A DNA stretch of 63,963 bases, counting the filler, from Octopus bimaculoides (taxonomy: Eukaryota): assembly GCF_001194135.2 (NCBI RefSeq). It is 5 parts of 4 records of this genome, joined end to end, with 100 filler letters (N's around TTAATTAATTAA, not from the genome) between each part and the next. Parts side by side here need not be neighbours in the genome. Positions count along the whole stretch, not along the records: positions 1 to 23,769 come from NC_068984.1; positions 23,870 to 38,784 come from NC_068983.1; 3 more parts are not named here. One strand, given 5' to 3'. This document shows, one piece after another, positions 12,274-25,045 of the stretch. The stretch's first letter is position 1; every line of letters starts with the position of its first letter. Made by a program: the position numbers and the translations under genes. The notes below the pieces were generated by a model, which saw nothing but the letters and a program-made list of their open reading frames with translations, was not told where the DNA came from and ran no database searches.

Positions 12274-12908
12274 GTAAGGGGAAGCTGAAAGCTATGTAGA
12301 TAAATGGTAGTAGCTGCTGACATCGTAATAGATATACAGTAGCAGAAACATGGTATTATCATGGGAATGTATACAGAGAATCTACATTTCAGTCAGATAT
12401 GGAATCAAAACTATCACATCTCATTAGATGGAATTGTTAGCTGTGCTGTGTTGATTTTTTTTTTTTTAACATTCACACCTTTCAACAACATATTTAAAGC
12501 TTTAGACAGTAAATCTGAAATTTTCATGTTCTATCTGAATTTTAAATTTTATATCTAGCTAAAAATTAAATTACTGTTTCAAAAATAATTTTACTGTGAC
12601 CTTAAATGTTACTGAAAAAAAACCTCACTTCTGTTCTCTCTAACACATATGGGCACAAACACACTCACACATCTTTTAATAAATTAGATACAATCTTTTC
12701 TGATGTAAGGAAAGCTGTCTTTTCAACATTAACTATTAATTTCTGAAATATTAAGTGTTCCATGATAATAATTTCCAATATATATATAACCATCTACTTA
12801 TAACACTATATCTCCAAATAGAAAGCTGAAGACAGCATCCATCTATGAAGTTATCAGCAATTAATCTGTGGTGGAGTAAGAAATTCATGGTAATAAGCTT
12901 TATTACAG

Positions 12909-12985
12909 CAATACATGAGTGTTAAATATGGGTGCAGGACAGCCAAAGCCCCAAGGGAAATTTTGTAGAAAGAACTTGTATGCCG
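12909..12985 (+). CDS. Possible start-codon exon (ATG 12928; MGAGQPKPQGKFCRKNLYA)
   Basis: Acceptor tttattacag and AAT-ATG-G Kozak. The phase-1 exit matches the 14959 exon, but the donor gtcaga is weak. Confidence 0.3.
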
Positions 12986-13559
12986 GTCAGAAGGACCCTT
13001 CCTGTTTTGAAGCAACAGACATAACCCACTGTACACTTTAATGCCATTATCTGGATCTTTGACTATCTTCAGTTGTGTCTACACTCTTGCCAGACATTCA
13101 GTCAGAAGTTTACTTCCTCCTACCAGAGGCCCTGCCCTTTTTCCTCAGACTTGGTCATTATAAAAAATAAACAAATAAAAATTACTGGCTTACTTAGAAG
13201 CTTGCTAGTTATAAAACTCTGCTAGCGACATCAGCTAGGATGATTCTTTTATATCACTGACAATCTGTCCAAGTCAGTTGTCATATTATAACCGCATTGA
13301 AAGCAAGGTACATGTCAAGTTGGTGTGTCTGTATTTATCTATCAAGAAACCAAGATATACTTCATAAACTTTATCATTCTCACAGTATTGCACTCTCATA
13401 TCTCTTTTACTGAGAACATTAGTATCAGGATCCACTTAACCCTTTTACTACAAAATCTAGATATATCCGCCCAAAATTTAATTGTTTAACTACAAAAAGC
13501 AGTTTTATACACCAACCTATCTTGTGTTGAGGAATGTCTTGTTTTAAAGTATTTTTTGT

Positions 13560-13940
13560 TGTGGCTGTGTGGTAAGGAGCTTGTTTCCCAACTATATGGT
13601 TCCAGGTTCAGTCCCACTGTGTGACACCTTGGGCAAATGTCTTCTACTATAGCCTCAGGCCAACCAAAGCTTTGTGAGTGGATTTGGTAGACAGAAACTG
13701 AAAGAAGCCCATTTTATATGTGTGTGTATTTATGTGTGTGTGTCTTTGTCTCTGTGTTTGTCCTATCACCATTGCTTGACAACTGATCCCTGTAACTTCA
13801 CAGTTCAGCAAAAGAGACTAATAGAATAAGTACTAGGCTTACAAAGAATAAATCCTGGGATCGATTTCTTCAACTAAAACCCTTTAAGGTGGTGCTCCAG
13901 CATGGCCATAGTCAAATGACTGAAACAAATAAAAGAACAT
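13560..13940 (+). mobile_element. tRNA-derived SINE (family A, with internal microsatellite), CpG-decayed
   Basis: gtggctgtgtggtaag...ggttcagtcccactg...gtggatttggtagac...ccagcatggcc...aaatgactgaaacaa. Confidence 0.9.
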
Positions 13941-14154
13941 GTCAAGTTTATTGAGGTAACATGACTTACAGAAAATACCAATTCTATTTTTTGGTAAATA
14001 TTATACATCAATACTGGAATAACCATGAAATTTAATTTCACAATTAAAGGGTTTATTCGCATTTACTGCCTCTGTAATCCAAAAGTTGGTAACAGAAGCG
14101 ACCAATCAACTGACTTCAAATTATAGTAACACACTGTACTAGCACTCCATTGGT

Positions 14155-14452
14155 CATGATGTCAAGTGTTCCAGTTAATCCAATCAATAGAACAGCCTTC
14201 TCATGAAATTATCATGCGAGTATATGAGCACTCCACAGGCGTATGCACCCTTAATATAGCTATCAGGTAGATTCAGTGTGACACAGAATCTTTGAATTAT
14301 ACGTGCAACACATTTTTGCCAGCTGAGTGGGCTGGAACAACGTAAAATAAAGTAACTTGCTCAAGGTTATAATGCACCACAGGGAATCGAATTCATGACT
14401 TTACAATCGTAAGCCAAAAACCCTAACCACTAAGCCAGGCACTTTCATGGCA
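14155..14452 (-). mobile_element. tRNA-derived SINE (family B)
   Basis: Reverse complement of the 59288 element, degenerate. Confidence 0.85.
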
Positions 14453-14958
14453 CGCTGTACAGATGCTCAGTTTTACCAATTAATGTTTTAATTTTTGTAA
14501 AAATATTTTGCATTTCTTCATGCAAAAATTTCGAAATCTTTACATCAAAGAACCTAAAATATACCAAACTTTCTTGGACCAATTCTTCCAGAAATTAACT
14601 GATGAGCTAACCATCTCTGAATTATAAGGTGCATCACTGGGATAATCCTCTAACCCAATAATTCACTAAACAGGTACCAATCACTTCTTTTTGAATCTCA
14701 TCAACAGCAAATGCACTTAAGCAGCTGAGTATTCAAATGAACTAGACTTTGCTATACATATCATTTGTCCCCGTATGTTAAATGAGGTGGTATTCCCTGT
14801 TTGAAAGTGTCTCATTCCTCTGTTGATCGGATCAATTCTCTGAAGTTAAACTCATTTCCTTACTCAAAGACAGAATAGTCAAGAAGAAATGATCTGCATT
14901 TATTCTAGTTACTTTCAATTATCATTCTATCTCTATTTTTCTCTCTAACAAGCAACAG

Positions 14959-15359
14959 GTGACGCATCAGATTCCCGGCTGTTTTCTGCTCTCAGCTTAT
15001 TTCACAAACTAATTGCATTCAAAGAAGCAACAATGAGAAAGGCATGGTATAAAATAATCTCAAAGGCTGAAGGGATCAGATCAGTAAAGAAGAATATGAA
15101 CAACATTAGTAAAATGCATGCAAGAGATGACAGCAGGGTAATAGTAAAAGAGCATTTGTACAATAATGGAAAGATCAAACAGAATGAGGAAGAACTGACT
15201 GATTTGGACAAGAAGGGAGATCAGGTAAGATCTCTAAAAGATGTTGCAAAAGTGGCTGGAAAGACTAAGCATTTCTTGAGCAAAGAGTTTAACAATTTAG
15301 ATTTACAAACTTGTGTCTGTCTAAACTGTAAACAAGAACATCAGAAAACCTTGATCTAA
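14959..15359 (+). CDS. Coding exon, probably terminal, of an unidentified protein (133 codons, phase-1 entry)
   Basis: Acceptor ctctatttttctctctaacaagcaacag|GT. Open frame DASDSRLFSALSLFHKLIAFKEATMRKAWYKIISK...QTCVCLNCKQEHQKTLI* in AT-rich non-repeat DNA. An internal donor CAG|gtaaga at 15225 is possible. Confidence 0.6.
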
Positions 15360-15699
15360 AGAAAAACATTCTTGATTTGTATACTGAACAAGAACATTCA
15401 CCTACATTTGGGCTATTCTAAATAATAATACCTGAATTCATAATTCCCTTTCAAGTTATTTTTATGTCAGTCAGAGTTTGATAAAAATCTCTTCATTTCA
15501 ATATTTTCCATTTTCAACCCATCATTTCTTTTATAGCCATTTTAGCATTGATGGTGATAGTTAAGAAACCCCATAGTTTGAGAAATGCTGTGTTAGTATA
15601 GCTTTCCAAGCACTTATACACTGTATCCCTAATATTAATTACTTGGGTTCCAGAAAGCTGTAAAATCAATGTTGGCTTCAACATAGCAAGAATCTGGCT

Positions 15700-16025
15700 C
15701 AGAGGTTTTAGAGTGTTGGGCTTACAATCATGAGGTAGTGAGCTTGGTTCCTGGACTAGGCTGTATGTTGTGTTCTTGAGCAAGTCACTTTATTTCACAT
15801 TGCTCCAGTTACTCTGCTGTAGAAATGTGTTGCAACGTCACAGGTGCCAAGCTGTATCAGTCTATACCCTTCCCTTGGACAACATTGGTGATGTGGAGAG
15901 GAGAGATTGGTATATATGGGTGACTGCTGTTCTTCCACAAAACAACCTTACCTGGATTTGTGCCTCAGAGAACTTTCTAGGTCTAATCCCATGGTCACTT
16001 GTGACCAAAGGGAGTCTTTACCCTC
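15700..16025 (+). mobile_element. tRNA-derived SINE
   Basis: gttttagagtgttgggcttacaatcatgag...gttcttgagcaagtcactttatttcacattgctccag followed by the 3' part shared with 48-178. Confidence 0.8.
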
Positions 16026-17414
16026 TCTATCAATAGAACAATAAAGATCAATCTTCAACCTTCGAGTCATTGCTCTATCCTTAATTCAAACATTTTAGTT
16101 AACTTTCTAGTTTAATTAGAAATTTAAGGTATCGTGTTTTCATGTTTCCCAAACTAAGATTAGATCAAAGCTGTGTGAGTCAAATGATTATTTCCTCATT
16201 GCAATATTTATTCAAAAGTTCAATAAAAGTAACAGGCCTGCACTAGTGAAAGAACCTTCTTGAGCATTATACTTAATCTAGATCTATAAATTCCATTATA
16301 TTGTTCACATTGTCTAAAAAATCTGAGAATTACAAAGTGAAATAACAACATTTAAGACAGTTTGAATTGCAGGGAGCCATAAGCATTGCATCATAAACAA
16401 AGACAGGCCAGATAACATCATGGACAAACAGAGAGGAATTCTGCCCTATGAACCATATCCAAAACAAGAGGATAAATTGTCACTGTATCAACAGCTCTTA
16501 TTACAGTTAGCTAGACTTGCTTTACAAGAGCCTCTGATGTAGGTGCATTTGCAACTATAGCTCGTAGCTGCTTATTAAAAATAATCATTTTCTGGTAAAA
16601 ATAATATATTTGTACTTTTTCCAGATTAAATGAGTGAGAATTGGTAGATGTCTCAAAACAAAATTTACAATATGAATTTAAAAATAAGTAATATTTTAAC
16701 TATTCATAAAAGACTGTTACTATTTAAATTAAGCAACAGTACATGAATCTAAATATACAATATCTCAATGTTACAGCAGCCATATTTTATCATAATCATT
16801 ATCGTTATCATCATTATTTAAATTTCCCTTTTCCATGCTTGCATAGACTGATGGAATTTATGTTATGAAATTTAACCAGTTACTCTAGGATCTCAAGATA
16901 AAATTACATATATTTCTATAATGACTAAACTAGCTTTGACATCCATAAAAAAGGTATAATAGAGCATGATCAATAAACTCATTATTTCTATCAGAAATTG
17001 CTCTAGCAACACCATAATTTACAATAGTTGATTGTGGATTGGTGGAAGAGTGATGGCCTAGATTTTATAATTGATTAGCCTTCAGCTTGAGTTCAAAACC
17101 TTTAACTGTGATCAATAAAATGATTTTCAACTAAAAATAACACTTATGTGACCCCCTCAATCACCTATGACCCCAAGCATTTATAACATAGAGAAATTAG
17201 TAATAAATAAAACAGACCATATCTAACTCTACTAAGCTTTCAGAATATATGTCTGTGAACTAAGCTAACAAAACCTTTTCAACATCAAATTGTTAATAGC
17301 TCCAAATAATTTCTCCTCTACAGATTATGCTGAAAGCTCATGGTGTACCTTATCAGTGGCCCCAGAATCATTAATATTTTAATATAAACACTATATATTT
17401 GTAACACTATCATC

Positions 17415-18350
17415 ATCATCATTGTTTTAATGTCCATTTTTACATGTTTGCATGGGTTGGATGAATTCATTGAGGCAGATTTTCTACGGCTGGATGCACT
17501 TCCTGTTGTCCGTCCTCATCTGTTTCCAAAGCAGAGTAATATTTCCCTATAGTCAGACATGCTTCCACATAAGACTGGAAATGAAGGACACTGCTTGTAT
17601 GATGGTGATGCTCATTTACAACTATTGCATGATGTCAAGACAAGATTACACAAACATCCACCCACACATCCATGAACACACACACACACTCACACACACA
17701 CACACACACACACATGTGAGTGCGTATGGCCTAGTGGTTAGGGTGTTACGCACATGATTGCAAGATCATGGTTTTAATTCCTGGACTGGGTGATGCACTG
17801 TTTCTTGAGCAAAACACTTCATCTCAAGTTGCTCTGCACTCACTTCAACACCTGATATGTGGTGCACTGTGCACCTGTTCATGTAGTGTCAATCTGATGG
17901 AGGGATTAAGCTAATGTACACGTACATTTAATCACCATAAACAAATCATTTGTACAGGTTGTTCAACCAAAACCGAACACTTAGACATTGTCTTCGATGG
18001 GCGGCCCCATCATATATATTTGTTTGTGTGTGTATGCATGTATGTATGTATATGTGAAGGCACATGGCTTAGTGGTTAGGGTGTTGTACTCACAATTGCA
18101 AGATCATAGGTTCGATTCTCAGATGGGGCATTGCGTTGTGTTCTCGAGCAAAAGCACTTCATTTCACATTGCTCTGTGATCATTTCATCATCTGACATGT
18201 GACAGATGGGGCACCTGTTGTGTTAATGTTGATCTGATGGAGGGAGTGAGCTTATGTGTACACAAACATTTGATCACTATAAACAAATCATCTGTGAGGT
18301 TGTTTGACAAGAAATTGCTGAACCCTCATACATCGTCTAACAACAGAAGA
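17415..18350. mobile_element. SINE cluster: minus-strand (cat)n-tailed 3' fragment plus two plus-strand tRNA-SINE copies (about 17720-18000 and 18055-18350)
   Basis: Two tandem heads tggc(c/t)tagtggttagggtgtt...gagcaaaa, each with a shared body. Confidence 0.8.
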
Positions 18351-18814
18351 GTCCTGAATTTTGTAAATCTCTGAAGAGGCCTAGTGAATCATGCATGTAC
18401 CCCCATTACATCATTTTCATCTACTAATTACTCCAGCGTACTGGAGCTACAGAGATAGAATGGGGCATGCCAAAGCTAGGCCAAAACAGCTGTAAGATTT
18501 TGTCCCTTCTCCAATTGCTAAATGCCCTTTAAATTTGAAATCTTAATTGTTGATATGGCATGGTATGTCATAAGTGTCTGTATATTGTCTTTTTTGTCAT
18601 TTTGGTTATAAAATAAACAGATTAATCAACGGAATACAGTGTCTGCAAGTTGATGAGTACCTTATATTCCCCTCCATTTTCTTATTGTTATATATATATA
18701 TATATATTTCTTTTCAGGTACACGACACTGCTTTTCCCCTNNNNNNNNNNGATAATATTGTTCCCTTTTGGAGGCATCAACAATGAGAGGCCACTGGGAG
18801 ATAGCAAGCAAACA

Positions 18815-19040
18815 AACAAGGGACCAAACATGACAAAATGTGAACATAAAAGCAAAAATGAAATAAATATACATTATACAAACAAAATGATATAAAATAA
18901 GGCCTTGCAGCTCAAGACAAGTCATATAGCAAACAGACAAAGGACAGAGATGAAAACAAACACAACAGAATGTGAACATAAACAAAATGAAATAAATATA
19001 CATTATACAAACAATGAAATAAATATACACTATAAAAACA
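18815..19040 (+). repeat. Imperfect direct/tandem repeats
   Basis: atgtgaacataaa...caaaatgaaataaatatacattatacaaacaa occurs twice, plus a partial third copy. Confidence 0.75.
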
Positions 19041-19928
19041 TGCACGTTTTTATCTTGTGTGTGTGTATGACGTGATTGACAGAACCATGAAGTTCAGTGT
19101 CCAGTTCAATTGTGTGGTATTTTGGACAAGTGTGTTTTACTATAGACTAAGTGAGATCCAAGCTCTGAGTGAAACTGGATACATGGAAACTGAATGGGAT
19201 CCCATCAGATGGATTGTACCTGTAATTCGAAGGGCCAGCCTTGCTACCTATTGTGTCATACTGATTCAGTCTGAGAACTACATTAGGATACATGTGTCAG
19301 TAAGAATACAAGGACCAAAAGAACAAAATAAATGAAAATCTTTTGTGTGAATTGTTTTAGATGGTGACTAATTGTGGTAATTGGATTTATATTGCCTTCC
19401 TTTCTATCACGAGGAGTCTTGTGGAGCAAAGGTACTGTGTGAGTAAGAGATGCATTCTGCTGCAGTAGTCTACCGGATACCCACTGAATTGGGATCTGCC
19501 TGACAAATTGTCCATCCACCAGCTTTCATTGGCCAGTGTTAGGTAAAAGGCACCACTGATGACTGGAATAAATTATAATTACTATTGGGGATTGTCTCCA
19601 GAAAAGATAATGCCATATTGGAAGTGACTGCTTTGAAAGTGAACATAAAGCAATGAAGTTTTGCAGAACGAGGCTTTGATGGAGGGAGGAAGGTCAACAA
19701 CAAGAACTTTTGGACCCAACTGTGCTTTGCTTCTTATATCTTTCTAGCTAGATTTCTTTTAGCTCAAAAATAGTCTTATACAGCAAAATTTATTCATAAA
19801 TTCTACTGTATAAGCCTATCTTTATCCATATCTTAAAGCAGTCATGGGCAACATGCAGGCTATGGGACTTTCTGAATGGCATGCCAACAAAATAAATTAC
19901 CTTGAATGTTTTTAGTAATGTGGCTCAC

Positions 19929-19981
19929 CTGATGATAAACCTGTATCATGCAGCTTGCTTCTCCAGAAAAGTTGACCATAC
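19929..19981 (-). CDS. Candidate 53-nt exon (YGQLFWRSKLHDTGLSS or MVNFSGEASCMIQVYHQ)
   Basis: Acceptor ttttcatgttttacaacag and strong donor CAG|gtgagc; two frames are open. Confidence 0.4.
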
Positions 19982-20569
19982 CTGTTGTAAAACATGAAAA
20001 TATATTTAATGGAATCAGATTCTCAACACTGAGAGATATCAAAAATGTGTGTCTGTAAAATACAAAAACCACTTACAGATTAATTTAAATTTGGGTAGAT
20101 AGATCAATTGGTCTTAATTTGAGCAGATTATAACTCAGCTGGTCAAACAACTGAATGATTATTGCTGACAAAGATCATTCACTTACTTGATGGGAGATCC
20201 ATCATCAATTAGAACTACTCTGATGAGTAACAAAAGAAAAAAAAGAAGCATACTTCCTGAAAGCATGTCAGTCTCATTGGAGCCAAGCAATACTGAGTGG
20301 TTGAAAATGTGAAAGAGAGAGCCAATGAATAAGGTGCAAGATACACACACACACTCTTTTACTCATTTCAGCCATGCTGCCGTGGTCATGCTAGAGCACC
20401 ATCATGGTCTTTCTGACTTCCTCATTCTGGGTGTTTCACATCACCATAAATAAAAAATACACATTAAATACAGGACTCATCTCTGTGTGTTTACGTATTC
20501 TTCACTTGTTAGTGATGTCTTGTACTTAATGTACATCTTTTATTTATTTTTATAACTGAGCACCACGCA

Positions 20570-22075
20570 GCCTTGTCCAGGTTTGGCAATAAGTATAGTA
20601 AAGAATTCCGGGTAGGGGTAGGGGTCCACCAAGGATCATTCTTCAGCCCTCACTTATTTATCATAGTCCTCCAGGAAATAACAGAGGAATTCAAGACAGA
20701 ATGTCCCTGGAAGCTTCTCTATGTTGATGACCTTGCTCTAATAGCTGAATCACTATCAGAATTAACGGCAAAGTTTCAGATGTGGAAGCAAGGTCTAAAA
20801 TCAAAGGGCCTTAGAATCTATCTAGCAAAAACCAAAGCCTTAATAAGTAGGAAGGCAGACAAATCACAGATCTCTTCAGGTAGATGGCCCTGCTAGATCT
20901 GTAGAAAAGACGTAGGTAGAAACTCCATAGGATGTACCTGGTGTACACTATGGACACATAAGAGGTGCAGCAATATTAAAGGAAGGCTAACTGGGAACAT
21001 AGTTTTTGCATGTGTCAAATGCTCGGGGGCAATAAATACTGAAAATGTGCAGAAAACAGCTTCTGTCACATGTCAGGGAGAAAAACTAGAAGTAGTTGAT
21101 AGATTCCATTACCTGAGAGGTTAGCTGCTAGAATAAGAATAGCCTGGGCAAAGTTCAGAGAGCTCCTACCTCTGCTGCTAACAAAGTAAAAAGTAGACTG
21201 TATGACGCATGTGTGCAAACAGCCATGCTACATGGCAGTGAAACATGGGCTGTGACTGCACAGGACATGCGTAAGCATGCAAGAAATGAAGCTAGTATGA
21301 TCTGCTGGATGTGTAATGTTAGTGTGCATACATGATAGAGTATGAGTATGAGAGAAAAGTTGAACTTAAGAATCATCAGGTGTAGTGTGCAAGAGAGATG
21401 ACTGCATTGGTATGGTCATGTGTTGCGTATGGATGAGGACAGCTGTGTGAAAAAGTGTCACACTCGAGCAGTAGAGGGAACCAGTGGAAGAGATAGACCC
21501 AGGAAGACCTAGAATAAGGTGGTGGAGCATGACCTTTGAACATTTGGCCTCATGGAGATATGCTGTGCTTGAGATGACCTACCAAGCCAAGTGAGATCGT
21601 AACTGTGGCCTATGCCACTGCAGCATAACTGGCCCATTTAAGAGTACTCTTCAATCATTAGGCAATAAACTGTGTTTGCGAAGACCTGTTTAGTCAAGTG
21701 AAGTCATTGTTGTGGCTCATGCCAGTGCTGCTTGACTGGTACCCATACCAGTAGCGCATAAAAAGCATCATTTGAGCGTGGTTGATGCCAGGGCTGCCTG
21801 ACTGGCTCCCTTGCTGGTGGCACGTAAAAAACACCATTCAAGTGTGGTCGATGCCAGTACTGCCTGACTGGCCCTCGTGCCAGTGGCACGTAAAAAGCAC
21901 CCACTACACTCTCGAAGTGGTTGGCATTAGGAAAGGCACCCAGCTATAGAAACTCTGCTAGATCAGATTGGAGCCTGGTACAGCCTTCTGGCTGCCAGTC
22001 CTCAGTCAAACTGTCCAACGCAAGCCAGCATAGAAAGCAGATGTTAAACAATGATGATGATGATGATATATATAT
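20570..22075 (+). mobile_element. 5'-truncated RTE-clade LINE (RT through 3' UTR and (gat)n tail), dead
   Basis: VGVHQGS..SPHLF and LLYVDDLALIAES RT motifs; downstream Cys-rich segment and WYGHVLRMDED-like region; multiple stops. Confidence 0.92.
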
Positions 22076-22141
22076 ATTCATTTATATATATATGTTTGTA
22101 TATGCTTAATTTTGGGGAAACTTTATTATTTCAATTAAGTA

Positions 22142-23500
22142 TTAGGTTGTCAAGAAAGTTCTTGTGGTTTTTAACCTTTAAATTCAGATGCACATATCTC
22201 GACTCAAACAAAACACTATTAATCGAAATAAACACCATCAGAATCAACACACTTTTGCCAATGCGAAACAAGTTTATTTATGCCAGTAGCATGAAAATCC
22301 TGCGTTCTTGTGGCGATGAAGTCGTTGAAGGCATGTTTGGCATTGTCTTGGTTTTTGAAGCATTTCTCAAGTAGGAAGTTGTTGAGATGCTTGAAAATGT
22401 GGTAGTTGGTAGGCGAGAGGTCTAATGAGTAAGGCAGATGAGGCAGAGTTTCCTAGCCCAATTCATACAACTCATAGCCCAATTCGTGCAATTTGAGCAT
22501 TGTTGTAGAGAAGAATTGGTCCTTTTCTATTGACTAATACTGGCTGTTGTTGTCAGAGTTTCTTATGCATTTCATCCATTTGCTGACTGTACTTCTCCGC
22601 CGTAATGGTTTCGCCTGGATCCAAAAAGCTGTGAGGGATGAGACCAGCTGCAGACCACTAAACAGTCACCATGACCTTCTTTCCGTGCAACTTTGACTTC
22701 AGGAAGTGTTGTGGAGCTTCGTCGGCGTCCAACTACTGAGCTTAGCATCGCTGGTTGTTGTAAAGAATCCACTTTTCATTGCAAGTCACAATCCGGTCAA
22801 GGAACGGGTCATTTTTGTTGCATAAAAGAAGGGAACAGCGTTTTCTTTGGTTGTCATTCAATTCGTACGGCATCCATTTCTGAAGTTTTTTTTTTTTTTT
22901 CTAATCTCTTTCAAGTGGTTGGAAATTGTATATGTTATNNNNNNNNNNTTGTCATTCAATTCGTACGGCATCCATTTCTGAAGTTTTTTTTTTTTTTTCT
23001 AATCTCTTTCAAGTGGTTGGAAATTGTATATGTTATGTCTAATTCAGAAGCAAGCTCTCGAACAGTTGTGCGTGGATTGGCTTCGACTAAAGCTCTTAGT
23101 TGATCGTTACCAACATCTGATGGCCGACCACTACGCTTATCATCTTCAAGACTCTCGTCGCCGCTATGAAATTTCTTAAACCACCATTGTGCTGTACATT
23201 CATTAGTGGTTCCTGGGCCAAACACATCGTTGATATCATGAGCTGTTTCAGCAGCTTTTTGGCCTAGCTTGAACTGGAATAAGAAAATTGTGCGAATTTG
23301 CTTTTTGTCCATGTTGTATTCAATGTTGTGTAAAAAATGTCTTAATTATTCAATAAGAAAAAGAGTAACATCATTAGATAGAGCAGAATATAGACTTTAA
23401 AATGATATATAAAGTCAAAGTAATTTAACAAAAATAATTTGAAAATACATCATTTAAAACCAAAATTAAGAATTCCGTAAGAACTTTCTTGACAACCTAA
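22142..23500 (-). mobile_element. Near full-length mariner (SETMAR/Hsmar1-like transposase), dead
   Basis: TIRs ttaggttgtcaagaaagttc / gaactttcttgacaacctaa with a TA on the left. MDKKQIRTIFLFQFKLG...HTH; RIVTCNEKW and PYSLDLSPTNY show two catalytic D-to-N changes. Confidence 0.93.
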
Positions 23501-23581
23501 CATATCATATATATATATTATTGGACTGCAGCCATGCTAGGGCAACACCTTGAAGAGTTTAGTCAAGCAAGTCGACCTCAG

Positions 23582-23647
23582 GACTTATTTCTAAAGCCTG
23601 GTACTTATTTCTAAAGCCTGGTACTTATTTCTAAAACATGGTACTTA
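23582..23647 (+). repeat. About 3 x 20-bp tandem repeat inside a SINE tail
   Basis: acttatttctaaagcctggt is repeated. Confidence 0.85.
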
Positions 23648-23710
23648 TCTGATCAGTCTATTATACCAAACTGGTTGTCAAGTGGTAGTAAGATACAAAC
23701 ATAAGCACAA

Positions 23711-23769
<59 letters not shown>

Positions 23770-23869
23770 NNNNNNNNNNNNNNNNNNNNNNNNNNNNNNN
23801 NNNNNNNNNNNNNTTAATTAATTAANNNNNNNNNNNNNNNNNNNNNNNNNNNNNNNNNNNNNNNNNNNN
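23770..23869. other. Assembly scaffold join: 44 N + TTAATTAATTAA + 44 N
   Basis: An identical 100-bp structure occurs four times in the window. Confidence 0.97.
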
Positions 23870-24303
23870 TATATATATAAGCAATGTTAAATCTCTGAAC
23901 GAGGTATTAACAGTAACTGCACGACAAGGTGAAGTATATTTGCCACTTAAATGCGGCTGACCCCTAAGGGTGAATGTTACTGTTGCTTTTAGCCCCAGGA
24001 GAACATCTCCTCCAGCTGGCTATTGACACACATCTGTGTCCTAACTGTATTTGCAAAGGGAAGTCATCCTTCCCACCTTGATCTGCGATACGTACGGACT
24101 CGAGTCCTCAGCGTACGACAATCGCCGGCCTTCGATGCGAAAAATGTCCCGATGCAAATACGTATATATTTTTTCCAGTGAAAATCTTGTGTTTCTGCTC
24201 AAGGACACAAATCGTCGCTCCATCTATTATAAATCCCTTTCACGATGTACGTGCATATAAGTCTATATTAATGCGTGTGTAGGTGTGTGAATGTGTTTAT
24301 ATA

Positions 24304-24521
24304 GGAGGGGACGCTGAAATGTTGCTGGCTTTAGGTGAAATAAAATCAGGAGGATCAGTTAATTATGACTTTATTCAATATATTCCCTTCTCAAATTCAC
24401 ATACATTGTAGTAGTCCTACATTTTTTCTAAGCACTGTAAAAAAGACTCGGAAGGATGGGCCTGCAACCAGGCCTTTCGCAAGACCCTTCATGCCAGTAA
24501 CTTTTCAGCACTCTTCCCTCT
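24304..24521 (+). mobile_element. Mariner-derived MITE
   Basis: TA-flanked imperfect TIRs ggaggggacgctgaaatgttgctgg / ccagtaacttttcagcactcttccctc; same family as 39895-40088. Confidence 0.8.
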
Positions 24522-24689
24522 TAGATATGTACGTATGTGTGTATGTGTGCGAGTATGTGGGCATATATATGTTCGTGTATGATTGCGTATGTGTATTGCT
24601 GAAAAGAGGAATTGGTTTCATTTCTCGGTAGATATTGATGGAGAAAACTTCCAGATTTCTTATTATTTACTCTACACACTAGCGAAACA

Positions 24690-25045
24690 CACGACTAAAT
24701 TGAAATGTCCGCGGTTCCTTTAATTTCTTTCGACCTCGAAAGGGTGAAAGACAAAGTTGACCTCGGCGGAATTTGACCTCAGAACGTAAAGACGGCGTGC
24801 AAACGTTTCTTATTTCTTTATTGCCTATATGGGGGCTAAACATAGAGGGGACAAACAAGTACAGACAAAAGGATTAAGTCGATTACATCGACCCCAGTGT
24901 GTAACTGGTACTTAATTTATTGACCCCGAAAGGATAAAAGGCAAAGTCGACATCGGCAGAATTAGAACTCAGAACGTAACGGCAGGCGAAATACCGCTAA
25001 GCATTTCGACCGACGTGCAAACGTTTCTGCCAGCTCGCCGCCCTG
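24690..25045 (-). mobile_element. Two tandem SINE copies (family C), CpG-intact
   Basis: gaccccgaaaggatgaaaggcaaagtcgac...ctcagaacgta...tgccagctcgccgcc. Confidence 0.88.

Larger units (their letters stand above)
10800..12300. promoter_or_regulatory. CpG-retaining, repeat-free island: probable divergent promoter region
   Basis: Visibly more CG dinucleotides and no SINEs compared with the flanks. First-exon-like donors point outward on both strands (minus 11935, plus 12274). Confidence 0.5.

Noticed and set aside
19057-19335. 92-aa plus-strand ORF
   Set aside because: It overlaps a reverse SINE remnant (aaggctggcccttcgaattacaggtac) and has no convincing splice boundaries.
22850-23037. About 90-bp direct repeat inside the mariner
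   Set aside because: The two copies flank a 10-N gap, so this is most likely unmerged contig overlap.
23814-23825. Recurrent palindrome TTAATTAATTAA (also 38829, 59678, 62834)
   Set aside because: Always centred in exactly 100 bp of N. It is an artificial linker with stops in all six frames, not biology.
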